64,000 nucleotides of DNA, from the NCBI GenBank assembly GCA_965287045.1, contig OZ336870.1:116994001-117058000 (forward strand), in the 5' to 3' direction. The notes under the pieces were generated by a model. That model saw only the letters and a list, made by a program, of their open reading frames with translations, ran no database searches and was not told the DNA's origin. This DNA comes from Carcharhinus amblyrhynchos (lineage: Eukaryota). This document shows positions 1 to 13,058 of the stretch, piece by piece (position 1 is the first letter of the stretch; the number at the start of each line of letters is the position of its first letter). The position numbers and the translations under genes were made by a program.

Positions 1-689
1 GGACAAAGTTACTTTTAGAAGAACAGGCACTGGAGTCCCAGGATCACACAGCAACCCAGGCCTCAGTTAAGTAATGTGGGTTCGTGGGGAGGAGTGCAGT
101 GGGTTGATTGCAAGGGCTGGGGGATGGCTCTCAGCAACATTGAATGCCTTTGATCAAGTGAATATGGCAGCACCGTTTTACCTGTCCGGCAAGTCACATG
201 GTGACAGGCCTGCAGCTGGGTTAATACCAGTGGTGGCGGGATGGTACCTTTAAGTGCTCCTTAATTGCCAACTAAAGGGCCTCAGTTGGCCAAGACTCAG
301 GAAGATTGACTCATGGATTTTCCTATTCAGAACTTAATTCTGGCAGGGAAGGTGGCAGGATCTGATAACACCACCATCTTGCTTATGTAAATACCCTTTC
401 TACGTTCAAGCTTGCCACCAGAGAAAGCACAAGATTCTGACTTTGTTCTGGTGTTTGGGGGAATCTCAGCTGTTGTTGCAAAGATTGGAAAGTTGTATAC
501 AACGTGCCTATGCTATTCTGAAATACCTGTTGGCAGGTGAAACTCCCCAGTGCATATTTGAAAAAATAACCCATTATACAATAGTGTAACTTTTCCACTA
601 ACAAGTAGTCGAAGGTATCATCTTGGTTTATGCTCTCTTGGAGGAATAGTCAAAGGACTGGCCAAAGATGACACTTTTCCTTCATTCTT

Positions 690-1125
690 AGAATGTGAGC
701 TTTGCTGGTAAGGCCAGTATTTAGTGTCAATCCCCAACTAGCCTTGAGGTGGTGGTGATGAGCTTGAACAACTGCAGTCCGCGTGGTGTAGATACTCCCA
801 TGATGCTTTTTTAAAAAAGTGCATGATACAACTTAAAACTTGCTATACCATTTTTGAGGACAATTGAAGTCAACCACATTGTGGACTTGGAGTCACACGT
901 AGGCCAGACCAGGTAAGGATGACCGATTGCCTTCTCTGAAGGATATAAGTGAAGACAAAATGGATTTTTACAACATATAGATTATTCATGAGATTAGTCT
1001 TCTTTTTCCAGATTTATCAATTGAATTCAAATGCTATTAGCTATCATGGTGGTAAGATTTGAACTCTTATCTCTAGAGTATTCATGTAGGCCTCTGGGTG
1101 ACTAGCCAAGTGACATTACCACTCT
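690..1125 (-). mobile_element. Degenerate tRNA-headed SINE (second family) plus adjacent LINE 3' fragment
   Basis: Shares gtcaaccacatt...ggagtcaca...ccag...taagga...cttc blocks with 33125-33455, 35095-35325 and, in the opposite orientation, 5965-6290. Confidence 0.6.
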
Positions 1126-2153
1126 CTGACTGTCCTGATAGCCTACTTTTTAAAATTGTTTCCAACGTAAAATCCATTAGTTTGCATTGGGTAACAGTCA
1201 TTTTTCCCTTTGGTTCAGGAGATATTGAGAAGAGTAATAAAAATGATCTAGAATGGTTGCAGCACTGACTCTACGACTGCCTTTATGGAACCTTGGATTG
1301 ATCTTATCCATTAATATCATTTCTGATAACTTTAGCGCACCACCTTTGAACAGCCTAAATTGTTACATCACAAAATTTTGCTCCGCTGCCAAAAAACCAT
1401 CTTAAATAGCAACAGAACAAAACTATGAGTCAGCAAAATCACACTTATAGCAGTGACGGATATAAAACTTGTTGGGATGGTGTAAAAAAAAACATATAAT
1501 AGGGCCTCTAACTTCAATGAGGTAAATATTATTGGTCAAACTATTTTTAACTCATCAATGTCTTAAACATTGTTTGTAGATCTAACTTCCCCACTGTCCA
1601 AACATACTTGTGTGAATTAAAAAGGATATAAATTGATTTGCTTCCTGTGCTATTCAGTATTGCATTTTGTAAGGTTGTTTAAGAGACTGAGCCAGATTAA
1701 TTTAGTCGTTATCTACCTGAGGGCAACAAACTGAATTAATATTCAAAATTTGACATCTCTTATTCATCAATTATATACCTGAAGCAAAAAAAACCACATT
1801 TTAACAATGACAGTCAGTGCTTACAGTTCACGATTTACAGCTAGTTCGAGCGCTGTAGACTATTTCTGTGGCTATGACCACTGCTTTATCATATTGATAT
1901 CTGCTTATAATAGACCAGGAACAGAATAACTACACAAAGGTAATACAACTGTACAAGTTTTGTTCTGCAGTTACATATCTGAGAATTTGTTACTCCAGAA
2001 TACACATTCTCTGGCAGATAACCAAAGGAACTTTCATCTCTGGGGTTTGAAGTTAAAATAATCTTTGGATGTGTTTCTGCTGAGTTCACATACCTGGGAA
2101 TTTACAGGAGAAATGTACTGTCTGACTGCTGTTGTTTTTTTTTGCTGCTTGTG

Positions 2154-2468
2154 GGGATGGCATGGTGACACAGTGGTTAGCACTGTTGCCTCACAGTGCC
2201 AGGGACCTGGGTTCAATTTCAACCTTGGGTGACTGTGTGGATTTTGTAGTTCTCCCTGTGTTATTGGTTAGGTGGATTGGCTATGCCGAATCGCCTCTCC
2301 GTGTCCCAAGATGTTAGATTAGATGGATTAGCGATGGTAAATGCTTGGGGTTATCAGGATAAGGCGGGGAAGAGGGTCTGGATAAGATATTCTATCAGAG
2401 GATTGGTGCAGACTTGATGGATCAATTGGCCTTCTCCTGTGTTGTAGGGATTCTATAAGTCTATGATT
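2154..2468 (+). mobile_element. HE1/V-SINE-type tRNA-derived SINE
   Basis: A-box-like GGTGACACAGTGG and B-box GGTTCAATT, with a CR1-type tail ending in TTCTAT repeats. Part of the V core is deleted. Confidence 0.85.
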
Positions 2469-2469
2469 A

Positions 2470-4598
2470 TAACAAGAGGTTGGAACAACCATGTGGAATA
2501 CTTGGAGTGTAATAGGGATCTGGAGATGCTCACATCTGTTAAGGACTCTGCAGTTTGAAACACCAATCACAGATTTATACAAGGGTCTATGCTATTGCTT
2601 GCAAGAGCTGTTCAGCAAAATGGGAAAAGGTTGGAGATCAACAACATCACAGCATTTATCTGCAATTGCAGTTTTGCAACTTCCTTTAAGAAAAGATGTT
2701 TCGAGGAGTATTTAAAAAAGTATGGGGTATTTTTTCAAAATCTTGCTCCTGCTTCATTTTCGCTCAAGCATCTGGCTGCAGCAGAACCAAAAGGCAGTAA
2801 GGGCTCGTCCACCTCAACTTGCCAGTTTTGATGTCTTAATTTTCAGATGGACTTAAATTCCGCTGGTCAGAAACAGGTAGGTGTTTCATGTACACATGGA
2901 AATCAGGGCAAATGGTACCATTTAGACTCCACTTGAATGTACCCAGTTATTGTTCTAGTCCGCCAACCACAGGCAGTACAAATTGAAAGGGGTGAATTTC
3001 CAGCAATCTTGAATGTAATCCATAGCTGCTGTCAGGTGAAGCCAAATTAAGCTTTCAAAGATTTTTTTCTGGCAGTCCCTTGGGAGCTTTTTGCCTCAAC
3101 AAATTTTAAAATTTATGTACTCACAGTAGGTTCAGCACGCAAGTTCATGCTGCTCCACATTCTCTGTTTTCAATCAAAAGTACACTTTCCATCTAATCTG
3201 CTGCTGTGGTCCCCTGGTGAGTGGCTGTACTGCCCAGCATCTTATCTCCAGGTTGGCAAGTTGCCTACTCTGAGAACGTTTTGCTTTGTCAGCTTGGAAG
3301 CTGCATGATAACAAGGAGGACCCCACGCTGACTCTTCAGTGCATGCCTGCCACCTATTTATCATGTGCAGATAAAGAGTAACTTCCAATAGCTTTCACTT
3401 CACAATATCAGGTCCAGCTAAGTAACTCCTCATCAAAACTATCAAGTTCAACACACAGGTGTCTAAAGAGATATATCTTTTCATTTCTGTACCGGGTCTG
3501 AATAAACCATATGCGCCCACAGTCCAAACCTATACGCTGTAGTGTAGCGCGCACAAATCTTTCTCTTTGCTGCAATTCTCACCTCACATCCTGTTCTTCT
3601 GCAAAGAGACATCATGAATTGACTACCAGCTATTTGTACAATCTTTCAGTTATTAGGTATGTCTGAGAGAGAAAGGAAGAGAGGGATACACTTGTCATCC
3701 AGCACAATTACATTTGGTTCAGAGGAAGTAGTCACTGACATTTTATCAGCAGCTGTTAGGAGCATGCAAGATTGTTCTTACTCTGTGCTGTCTGTACGCT
3801 TCTGTTGGGATTTTATTTTGGATGGAACAATTGTTATTGATGACTATATCACCAAGTACTATTCTCAAATGAGACATGAAGGTTCATTAATGATGGTCAG
3901 CTAATCAACCGCACTTCCCTCTCAGACGTGTTCACATGTGAGTTAGTGGGTTCATTTCTGAGGAGACTGTTGCATCAGCACTAAACCTCGGGAAAGGATA
4001 TTTAATTCATGGGCAACTGATGTAGCAGGTAGTTGGTAATCAGTTGAAACTGTCATTTCTTAATATCCAAACCAAAATGATTGGAAACTCTGGTGATTTA
4101 AAACGTAAGTGTAAAATGGCAAGATTATGACATTGGATTAATTTAAATGCATGGCAGTAAAAGTAACATAGTGCAATTTTTTTTCAGATACCAGACAGTT
4201 AACCAGCACTGCATTGGTTTGATTTACAAAAAAAAACAGTCACATTTTTCTGTCCTTACAATAAATTCAATCCTCAGAAAGGGGAAGGGTAGGTGGGTGG
4301 GGATGGGAAGGGAGGAGGGGGTGGGAGGAGTGTGCAGACTGAACCCTGACTTAACGTCACCAGTTTAACATATAACTCAGCCACAGGCTGTTGACCCACA
4401 TTTCCTTGACTGCTGTCAACTTCACATTACCACATGCCAGCATATGGAAAGATTAAAGAATACTTTGTTTGTAGAGGTATAGTAGAAAGTTGCTTTTTTT
4501 TTGGCAGTCACTCCTAGCTTAGGAGATGGAGTTGGGGTGCTGTGTGTCGGGACCGATCATAGGACAATTGCTATTTGCTTCCAGCTTTCCAACAACAA
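2470..4598 (-). other. Probable NDST 3' UTR (extent uncertain); candidate AATAAA at 3812-3817 on minus strand
   Basis: Follows the stop codon. About 2.1 kb with no recognisable SINE or LINE, in contrast to the introns. Plus-strand tttatt at 3812-3817. Confidence 0.45.
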
Positions 4599-4721
4599 CT
4601 ATCTCATCACTTTTTGCAATTCTTCCCTCAGCCAAGATGGCAGTGGCAGACCCAGTCTATAGAACAGCTTGGACAGTTCAATATTGTGGTCCTTGTAGTA
4701 TCGCGAGAGGAATGTTCTAGA
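4599..4721 (-). CDS. ndst3: NDST3/4 terminal coding exon (40 aa + TAG)
   Basis: Read manually. tttatag|TCT AGA...AGA TAG. Translates [40 protein letters not shown], a typical NDST C-terminus. Confidence 0.95.
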   Translation of the reverse strand, partial: SRTFLSRYYKDHNIELSKLFYRLGLPLPSWLREELQKVMR

Positions 4722-4827
4722 CTATAAAGGGGAAAAGAGAACAAAAAAGAAACACATCATTCAAACAAAAGAACCAGCTCATGTTTCAGCTCATCCAAAT
4801 CTACACAGCTTATACCTCGGAATTGGA

Positions 4828-5135
4828 ATTATAGAATTTAACACTGCGGAGGAGGCCATTTGGCCCATCGACTCTGCACCTGCCACAATCCCACCCAGGC
4901 CCTATTCCCATAACCCCATGCATTTACCCTAGCTAATCCCCCTTACACTGAGGTTCAATTTAACATGGCCAATCCACTAACCTGCACATCTTTCGACTGA
5001 GAGAGGAAACTGGAGCACCCGGAGGGAACCCACGCAGACTGTGCAAACTCCACACAGACAGTGACCCAAGCTGGGAACTGAGCCCAGGTCCCTGGTGCTA
5101 TGAGGCAGCAGTGCTACCCGCGCACTGTGCCGCCC
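4828..5135 (-). mobile_element. HE1/V-SINE-type SINE
   Basis: Reverse complement of the family, including the V-domain GTCTGCGTGGGTTCCCTCCGGGTGCTCCAGTTTCCTC. Confidence 0.9.
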
Positions 5136-5671
5136 TAAATTGTATAAATACATGACTGACTTATTTACACAATAATAAAGCACTAACAAAATGGGAAAAG
5201 CTATTAAAGGCACCACTGTCCAGAAACTGAATGTCTGGAACGTTAATGCAATCTATGAAGATGTTGCTTTATTTTTAGAGGTATGAATGTGTTTCTAGAA
5301 ATTGGTGGGATCAACTGCTGTGCAAGAAGATCAGGCAAAATTGCTCTATCTTTGGCCCATGAGATGGTGCGTCATTTGGGAAGGAACTGCAGTGGGGATA
5401 CCAGCACTGGGATGGGGGTAGGGTGGGGGGTGGTGGTGGGGTAGCAGGACATTGGGAACTGCAATGTTAATGTGGATTCAGGAGGTGTTCATTTTGGTTC
5501 CATGTTCAGGTGAGGAAAACAGCTGCTTTTTCCACCTTTTCTTGACCCCTCCTTTTAGAGGATCACCTGTTCCTCTGTTTTAAACTCTTTGCAGCTCGCA
5601 AGATCAGTGCCATTGGCTTCCTTCCCATTTTCCTGCACTGGTGGAGATCCAAGATAATGCTTGTAGGGACA

Positions 5672-5690
5672 TAGGCGCCCCCTACTGGCA
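5672..5690 (-). promoter_or_regulatory. CTCF-like binding motif
   Basis: Minus strand TGCCAGTAGGGGGCGCCTA fits the CTCF core CCASYAGRKGGCRS. Confidence 0.55.
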
Positions 5691-5964
5691 ACTTAAGGAA
5701 ATAACTCGTTCTCCGGCAGGGTTACAATGAAAGGGAGATCGGAAGGGAACCTGGAGGCATCCAGTGACCTCCTCAGCAGTGGAACAACTTCAAGGTATTT
5801 TGGCTGCTCCTTTTTTAGTATGTTAACACTTTAGAATCCAGTAAGATCAAAGGAAATTCCAATGTTCCTGGATCAATAAGACTGGCTTATTTATTCTTGG
5901 ATTGTCACGGCGAAAATAACATTATTATTGATTACATTAGATGCAGTTTTATCTCCTGTGATGA

Positions 5965-6290
5965 GGCATGGTAGTAGCAGAGTTAGTGTACGTTACTGGA
6001 CTAAGTCATTCAAAAGCGTGGTTCAAATATCCAAAAAAGAGCAATTTGGGAATTTGAATTCAGCGTAATAAAACATCTGGAAATATAAAAATGTCACCGG
6101 TGTAAAGTGACCATGAAGCTGTTGGGTTGTAGTAAAAATCCAACTGCTTACTATTGTCCTTTAGGGAAGAAAACCTGCCATCCTCACCCAGCCTGGCAGT
6201 GATATAGTGGCATTATTATCTTCTCAGGGCAACTAGACATGGCCAATAACTGTCAGCTTCGCAGGCAAATTCCCCAGCCCAAGAATGAAT
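5965..6290 (+). mobile_element. Degenerate tRNA-headed SINE (second family)
   Basis: actggactaag...ggttcaaat...gaatttgaattc...gtcctttagggaagaaaacctgcc...gggcaactag...gaatgaat tail. Homologous to 33125-33455. Confidence 0.6.
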
Positions 6291-6830
6291 GATAATAAGA
6301 GAAAACAACTAGAACTAACATCAAAATATTAATGCAAAAGCAAAATACTACACTAGCTGGGAGTATAAAAAAGGAAATGCTGGAAATACTGGGTAGGTCA
6401 GAATACAAGGTAGGGGCAGAGGTGAATATTGTGTCACAGCCAAACACCTGGAGGGTTAGTGTGGGAACCTGACCTACCCCATTAATGATGATCCACTACC
6501 TGTTTGGGGACCTGGGGACCATTCAATAAAATTAGTTTGAGAATATTATACTCCTACAGCTTTGCTAGTGCCATTGTTTATTCTATTGAAGTCTGAGTCG
6601 TTGTAACAGAGCAAATGTTACACATGTTTTGGATCAAAAATGGCAAGTCTGCTGCCGCTGATTTTCAGATGTGCAGTTGAGGTGCACGAGATACCTCTCA
6701 GCATGAAAGGACTTAGAAAATCTTCCCGTGCTGTTTCCTGGGATTCCCAGAGGTCTGTGATGTAAATTAAGAAAGCATTGCATGACATTTATATTAGGAT
6801 TAAGTTGCTGCTTTTATTAAACAGTAATAC

Positions 6831-6933
6831 CTCTAAATCCATCGCTGGATACCTTCTGCCTTTGCTTTTCCCCAGACATTTTGTCTTCCCTCCTTCAAGC
6901 AACTGGCACCAGAAGCCCTTCTGAGGATCAAAC
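6831..6933 (-). CDS. ndst3: NDST3/4 exon (103 bp), Cys-Cys loop and KGR motif
   Basis: Read manually. tttcag|G TTT GAT...TTA GAG|gtatt. Translates (T)[34 protein letters not shown]. Confidence 0.96.
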
Positions 6934-7282
6934 CTGAAATTCATAAGACACCCTCTCAGCCATTTGCGCTTGACATAAACTACATTTAGAAAAACCCTAT
7001 GGGGATTATTCTTACACTAAAAGCTAATGGGAAAGAAAAAGCAAATAAATCTTCTTCAGCGCAACAGGCAATTGCATCAAATCCCCATTTAGAGTACATT
7101 ATCACTCCTTATTTCATGCTTTTATTTTGTATTTAGCTTACCAATAATGGGAAGAAAATAGCTGGCAAATCGGTTTAGTAAATTACTTATCCATAAAGTT
7201 TATTTAGCTGTTTAAAAGGAAGCAGAGTTCAGTTTAATGGATTTAATCTGTAGACTTTTTATTGTATAACTACTAGTGTGTC

Positions 7283-7393
7283 ACAGTCCAAGGCCTGAAA
7301 GGATGTAGTTCTTATTCAGGATAAGCTAATGTCAGCAATGAAAAGACAGTAACATGATGAATAAGAACTACATCCTTTCAGGTCTTGGACTGT
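7283..7393. repeat. Inverted repeat, 36-bp arms, 39-nt loop
   Basis: 7283-7318 acagtccaaggcctgaaaggatgtagttcttattca versus 7358-7393 tgaataagaactacatcctttcaggtcttggactgt: 35/36 complementary. Confidence 0.9.
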
Positions 7394-7723
7394 ATAAGTA
7401 AAGTACTGGCAGTAAAGGTCAACAATGTTCTATGAATTAATTCTCTCCATGGACCTTTAATTCTTATTACGATGTTTTTGTGATAAATCACAACTAATCA
7501 TTATCTTGAAGTTTTCAATATATTTACCTCCCTTCCACTTTACCCTTCAAACTTTCTTATTTCCTTTCCAAATTTTTAGACAATTATTTCAAAAGCTTTT
7601 ATTCGTATTTTATAATACTTATATAACAAAATAATAGTATAACTGTTTCATTCCACCAGAAGTGCTGAGGGTTTCTATAGTTCTGCGCTGCTTAGATTTA
7701 TTGCATGTAGCTTCCAAGACGGT

Positions 7724-9290
7724 AAGAACTAGGAGGAGGACTCGGCCTTCTGGTCCCTCGAGCCTGCTTCGCCATTCAATAAGATCATGGCTGATCTTTT
7801 CGTCAACATAGCCCTTACCCGCCCGCTCACCATAACCCTTAATTTCTTTACTGTTCAAAAATCTATCCTTGCCTTAAAAACATTCAATGAGGTAGCCTCA
7901 ATTGCTTCCTTGGGCAGGGAATTCCACAAATTCACAACCCTTTCGATGAAGAAGCTCCTCTTCAACTCAGTCCTAAATCTGCTCCTCCTTTTTTTGAGGC
8001 CATGCCCCCTAGTTCTAGTTTCACCTGCCAGTGGGAACAACCTCCCTGCTTCTATCTTATGTTCTTATATGTTTCTATAAGATTTCCCCTCATTCTTCTG
8101 AATTTCAATGAGTATAGTCCCAGTCTACTTAGTCTCTCCTCACAGCCAACCTTCTCAATTCCAGAATCAATTTAGAGAATCTTCTCCGTACCCTCTCCTG
8201 TGGCAGTACATCCTTTCTCAAATAAGAAGGTCAAAACAGTTCATAATACTCCAGGTATGGCCTCACCAGCACCTTATACAACACCAACACTTATCCCTGA
8301 GGCACACAACTAGTTACTGATTGCCAACCAAAAAAACACCCATTTACCCCCACTCTTTGCTTTCTGATAGTAAACCAATCCTCTATCCATGCTAATACAT
8401 TACCTGCAACATTTTGCACCTTTTGTTTTATGCAGCAGCATTTTGTGTGGCACCTTGTCGAATGCCTTCTGGAAATCCAGATACACCATACTCACAGGTT
8501 CCCTGTTGTCCACTGAACTTAATGTCCTCAAGCAATTCCAATATATTAGTTAAACATGACCTGCCTTTCATGAACTATGTTGCATCTTCCCAGTAGGACA
8601 ATTTCTGTTCAGATGTCTCGCTCTTTCTTCCTTGATGATAGATTCAAGCAGTTTCCCCACTACAGAAGTTAATCTAACCAGCCTTTGCTGCTTTCCTGTG
8701 TCCCAGAAATGCCCCAGAATCCAGCGAATTTTGGTAAATTACCACTAGTGCATTTGCTATTTCCCTCGCCATTTCCTTTAGTACCCTGGGATGCCAGGAA
8801 ACTTGTCTATCGTTAACCCTATTAGCTTGGCCAACGCTACCCAGTGATAATAATAGTTTCTAGATCCTCACCTGCCATAGCCTCCTTGTCATCAAATTTT
8901 GGCATGTGTCTTCCAATGTGAAGTCCAACACAAAATATCCATTTAATGCCTCAGCCATTTCCTCATTTCCAGTTATTACATCCCCCTTCTTATCCTCTAA
9001 AGGACCAATGTTTACTTTAGCCACTCTTTTTCATTTTATATATTTGTAGAACTTTTGCTATCTGTTTTTATATTCTGAGCTAGTTTACTCTCATAAGCTA
9101 TCTTACTTTTCTCTACAGACTTTTTCGTGGCTTTCTGTGACCTTTAAAAATGTCCCAATCCTCTAGTTTCCTACAAATCTTTGCCACTTTGTATGTATTT
9201 TCTTTTAATTTGATACCCTCCTTTATTTCCTTAGATATTAATGGCAGATTATCCGTTTTCCTTTACAGTCCTTCCTTATCACTGGTATAT
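7724..9290 (-). mobile_element. CR1-type LINE, degenerate with internal deletions
   Basis: ORF 7855-8040 FPLAGETRTRGHGLKKRRSRFRTELKRSFFIERVVNLWNSLP is a CR1 ORF2 C-terminus. Remnant of YLDFQKAFDKVPH at about 8450-8490. Confidence 0.9.
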
Positions 9291-9310
9291 GCAGTGCAAA
9301 AATTTGGAAT

Positions 9311-9446
9311 GGCTGGAATTTTCTAGCCGTTCATGACAGTGGGATTCTCTGGTCCCACTGCAATGAATGGAGATTTGGCTAGGCACCAAATTCTCTGTCC
9401 TTGCTTGCAGCAGCGGTGGGGCATGAACAGCCTGATAATTTCAGCC
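9311..9446. mobile_element. Short non-autonomous DNA element (MITE-like)
   Basis: Imperfect terminal inverted repeats ggctggaattttc ... gataatttcagcc. Similar elements at about 17205-17392, 53585-53698 and 61810-61933. Confidence 0.55.
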
Positions 9447-10399
9447 AACATACGTACTGGAAACTTCCTTGGTTCTGTCACTGACCGCATCAAACTTCCT
9501 GATGTCAATCATTTTTGAAATGATATTTCTCAGTCGTGCTGTTGTTATGCAAATTGCAACATCTGCCAATTAGATAGAGTGCATTGATTTTTACCATGAT
9601 TGATTACACTCATTGGGAAGAGTTATTTAATTATTGAATGTTAACTGCAGTCCTAGCAATGCTGAAAGCGAGTCTCAATAGTGCCATGCATTGATAATGA
9701 GCGAACGGGAGAACATGTAACCCATGCTGTCAGTATGTCATCATTGCCTGATTTGAATGCGATGGTCTGTTTTTGGTCACATCTGGTGGAAAATCCGAGG
9801 AATATCCAGTGCCAGCAGGGAACTGATCTAGCAACTAACTGACTACCACACTTGTTTGAAAATAGGGCAACTGTCCTTTAGAAAACTGTGCCAATAAACC
9901 TGAATTCAATGATCCTGATAAGTAATTGTCCTTTAAACAAATTGAATCTGTTTGAATGTAGCACTGATTCCCACTATCATTGACTAACAGTTAGAGGGAT
10001 CTGAAGATTTAACTAATTGTAAACTGTGATTAGCAGCTTGAGGGATTTGGTTGGTTTCATGGTTCCATGAGTATCATTTGGATGGAGCAAAAGTTGATGT
10101 GTACACCCATTAAGCAAGCAATTTCATTAATCAGTGACAGGGAATTAGATCAGATTCAGTAGACTAGTCTCAATGTATGGGATATAAGTCTTGATCTTTC
10201 AAAGTCTGCGAAGCTAAGGTTGTATCCACTCATAGTAGGTCAGATCTGTACCAATGGCAGTGAAGACTGACATCATCAAACTTTGCAGGGTTAGCTATTT
10301 TTTGTTTCATTTTAACATGCTCCCTAAAGAATGGAGAAATATGGGGCAGGCTTTTCTCAAAACAACAAAACCAGAATGATCCGTATCGGTCCATCAGGC

Positions 10400-11075
10400 A
10401 CACTCCAAGCCACACTTGTCCCATACTCAGTCACTCTTTGGGAGAGTGGTGAGTTGCATGCCAATATTAGGGGGGGTGGGGGGCTTTAAACAAGCTGGTG
10501 ACCCCAGCTGTAGAGTGTGCTAGGATGCTGTTTTGCAATGCCACATATTGCTAGTGCCTTGTAACTGTGTGAAACGGCTAGTTGCAACAGGCAGAGTATT
10601 GACCATACTCAACCAGCTTGTGTTTGCGAAACTCAGAACATAGTGTGTGATCCCATGACTGGACAACACTTACTGAACAATCCAGAGGGTGCTAAGAATT
10701 AAACCATCAACCAATTAAAGTTACCAGTATTCATACAGTCACCTATCCCCTCTTTAAAAAGCAGCATATGCCCAGGCATGTTTCCTTTTACTATAAATTA
10801 CAAACATGGGAGACAATGGTTCTGTGGTGCATTCCCCACATCACACTTCGGCAAAATTGCCTCATTTGAATTTAAACTAAAGCTTGGGGATTAATTGCTG
10901 TTTTGTGCTTTCTCCATGGCAACACCTCACCCAATCAGAGAATACTAGTAAATAATCAGCACCATTTGCTCATGCATAATAAATTGATGTTCCCTTTGAA
11001 ATTTGATATCCTTGCATCTACCCTACTGAGTGCAGGATGAAAAGCTTTAACAGGATGTTTCTTTTTTCAGCTAAA
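10400..11075 (+). mobile_element. Penelope-like element remnant (GIY-YIG C-terminus and decayed terminal repeat)
   Basis: ggacaacacttactgaacaatccagagggtgctaagaat encodes GQHLLNNPEGAKN, resembling Penelope endonuclease C-termini. A decayed hammerhead-like string lies at about 11020-11050. Confidence 0.5.
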
Positions 11076-11819
11076 ACATCATAAATTTTGTGCATCTCAT
11101 TTCTCTTTCACAGGGACAGTTTTTGTCAAAAGGCCATGAAACAGTCAGTCAACATTGGGATAGAATAATATGGCACTTAAGGTAACAAGAAGAAATGAAT
11201 AGTCTGTTAATGCTGCGGTAGCCTAGGGAAGGAGATGATTTTTGTTGTGAAAATTATCTGCAGATCTCCATGGAGCCAGTGGTGTAGGTCAGCAACAGTC
11301 TTTCTAGTGAAATAAAACTCGTGAAGATAGGGGTCCTCTAATACAATGAACTAGGATATTGAGGCTATATAGTTAAACAAACCATTGACTCGAGCAGTCC
11401 ATTGAGGTGTTAATGTCCCATGTGAGCATCTGTCCATCTTCCCTCATGTGGCTCCCCCATTATCACCCTCTATTCCCTTCTCTCTCACATGGAAGATGAA
11501 CTGCCTAAATACTATTTGTTTCAAGCACTCCCTGTGATTACAGGCCCTACATACTCTCCAGTCCTCGGGTAAAGAATTCCTTGTTGGATTCCTTGGTGAT
11601 GATCATATATCGATGCCTCTAATTATGTTCTTCCCCAGTTGCAGGAGAAACATTGTCTAAATTCACTCTATCAAAACCTTTCCTAATTTTAAAGGCCTCC
11701 AATAGGTCCATTAGGAATGCTGGGGTGTTTAATTATGGATCGTGAAGTATCAATGTGTGTAGTCATCACGCCTCAGGTGTCAGTACACCTCTATTTTCTG
11801 TACTTCATGAGCAAGTCTT

Positions 11820-13058
11820 TATGCCCAACAGACGTGTGAGCCAAGTTAGAGCTCGTGGAATAAAGCAGCATGGATGCAAAATTGGCTGAATGACAGGAAA
11901 CAGAGGGTAATGATGAACGGTTATTTTTTGGAATGGAGGAAGGTTTATCACGCAGGGCTCATTGTTCCGGCCACTGCTCCTGAAAACCAAACACATCCAG
12001 AAAAAAAAACACACTTCCTTTGAACCTCATTGATGTTTAGATCAGTAAGTCTTTCTAACCTGAACCGGCACGACCTGAGCTGACACAAACCTCGCTGACC
12101 ACAACCAACACTTAGCACGGGAAATCTGGCTGTTTGTCTGCACTGTTTACCTCGCAAAATCTCTCCCACAAGCAGAATTGCAGATGGCACCACGTGTCAG
12201 AACATTTAACAGGCACTTTGCATTTATTATTCAGTGATGCATCTTACCTTTATTGGCCATTTTATTTACTTTGGACTATAGCTAGCTTAGGCTTTTGTAA
12301 GTAAGCCTAGACCCATTTGCGGTATCCAAAACCCAAACTTGTATAAAACCCAAAATACAATAAGCCCTGACAGTTGCAGATAAAGGGTGCTCGAGTTATG
12401 GACATATTGACCTCGGCTTTAGGGTGCAGGGCACCATTTCAATATTTGTGGATAACATAAAACTTCAAAGTATTATGAACTATGGGAAAGATAGTGTAAG
12501 ACCTTCAACAGGACGTAGACCAGTTTGTGGAATGGGGGAACAAGTGGCATCAGGGCAGTTTGAGAGCAAGATTAATAAAGTTTATGGGATCCTGGTCTTT
12601 ATAAATAGGAGAAAAGACTAGAAAAACAAGGAATTTATTATAAACCTGTGTAGAACAGTGGTAAGGCTTTAACTGGAATATAGTATTCAGTTTCGGGAAC
12701 CACAATTCCAGAAGGCACATGATTTATGAGAAGTATTCTTAGCCACCATTGTTCCTATTAGTGGAGGGAATTCAAAATAGAAGGCACAGATTTAAGGCAA
12801 GTGGCAAAAGACACAATGGCGACGTGAGTGAAATCATTTTTACACCGTGAATGGATAGGATCTGAAATACACTGCTGGGAGCAGGTACAATCATGGTATT
12901 CAAAAGGGAATTGGATCGTTAATTGAAAAGGAAAATTTTGAAGGGGCATGGGGAAAAAGCAGTGGAGTGGTACAAGGGGATTTGCTCTTGCAGAGAGCTA
13001 GTATAGATACAAAAGGCCAAATAGCCTCCTTCTGTGCTGTAATCATTCTATGATTCTG
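11820..13058 (+). mobile_element. CR1-type LINE, degenerate and interrupted
   Basis: RT-like remnants (ISIFVDNIKL resembling FADDTKL; GILVFINR) and a 3' tail ggccaaatagcctccttctgtgctgtaatcattctatgattct. Confidence 0.75.

Noticed and set aside
5408-5441. G-quadruplex-like G runs (also about 4281-4330, 37130-37265 and 55350-55390)
   Set aside because: Common low-complexity tracts, with nothing in the sequence pointing to function.
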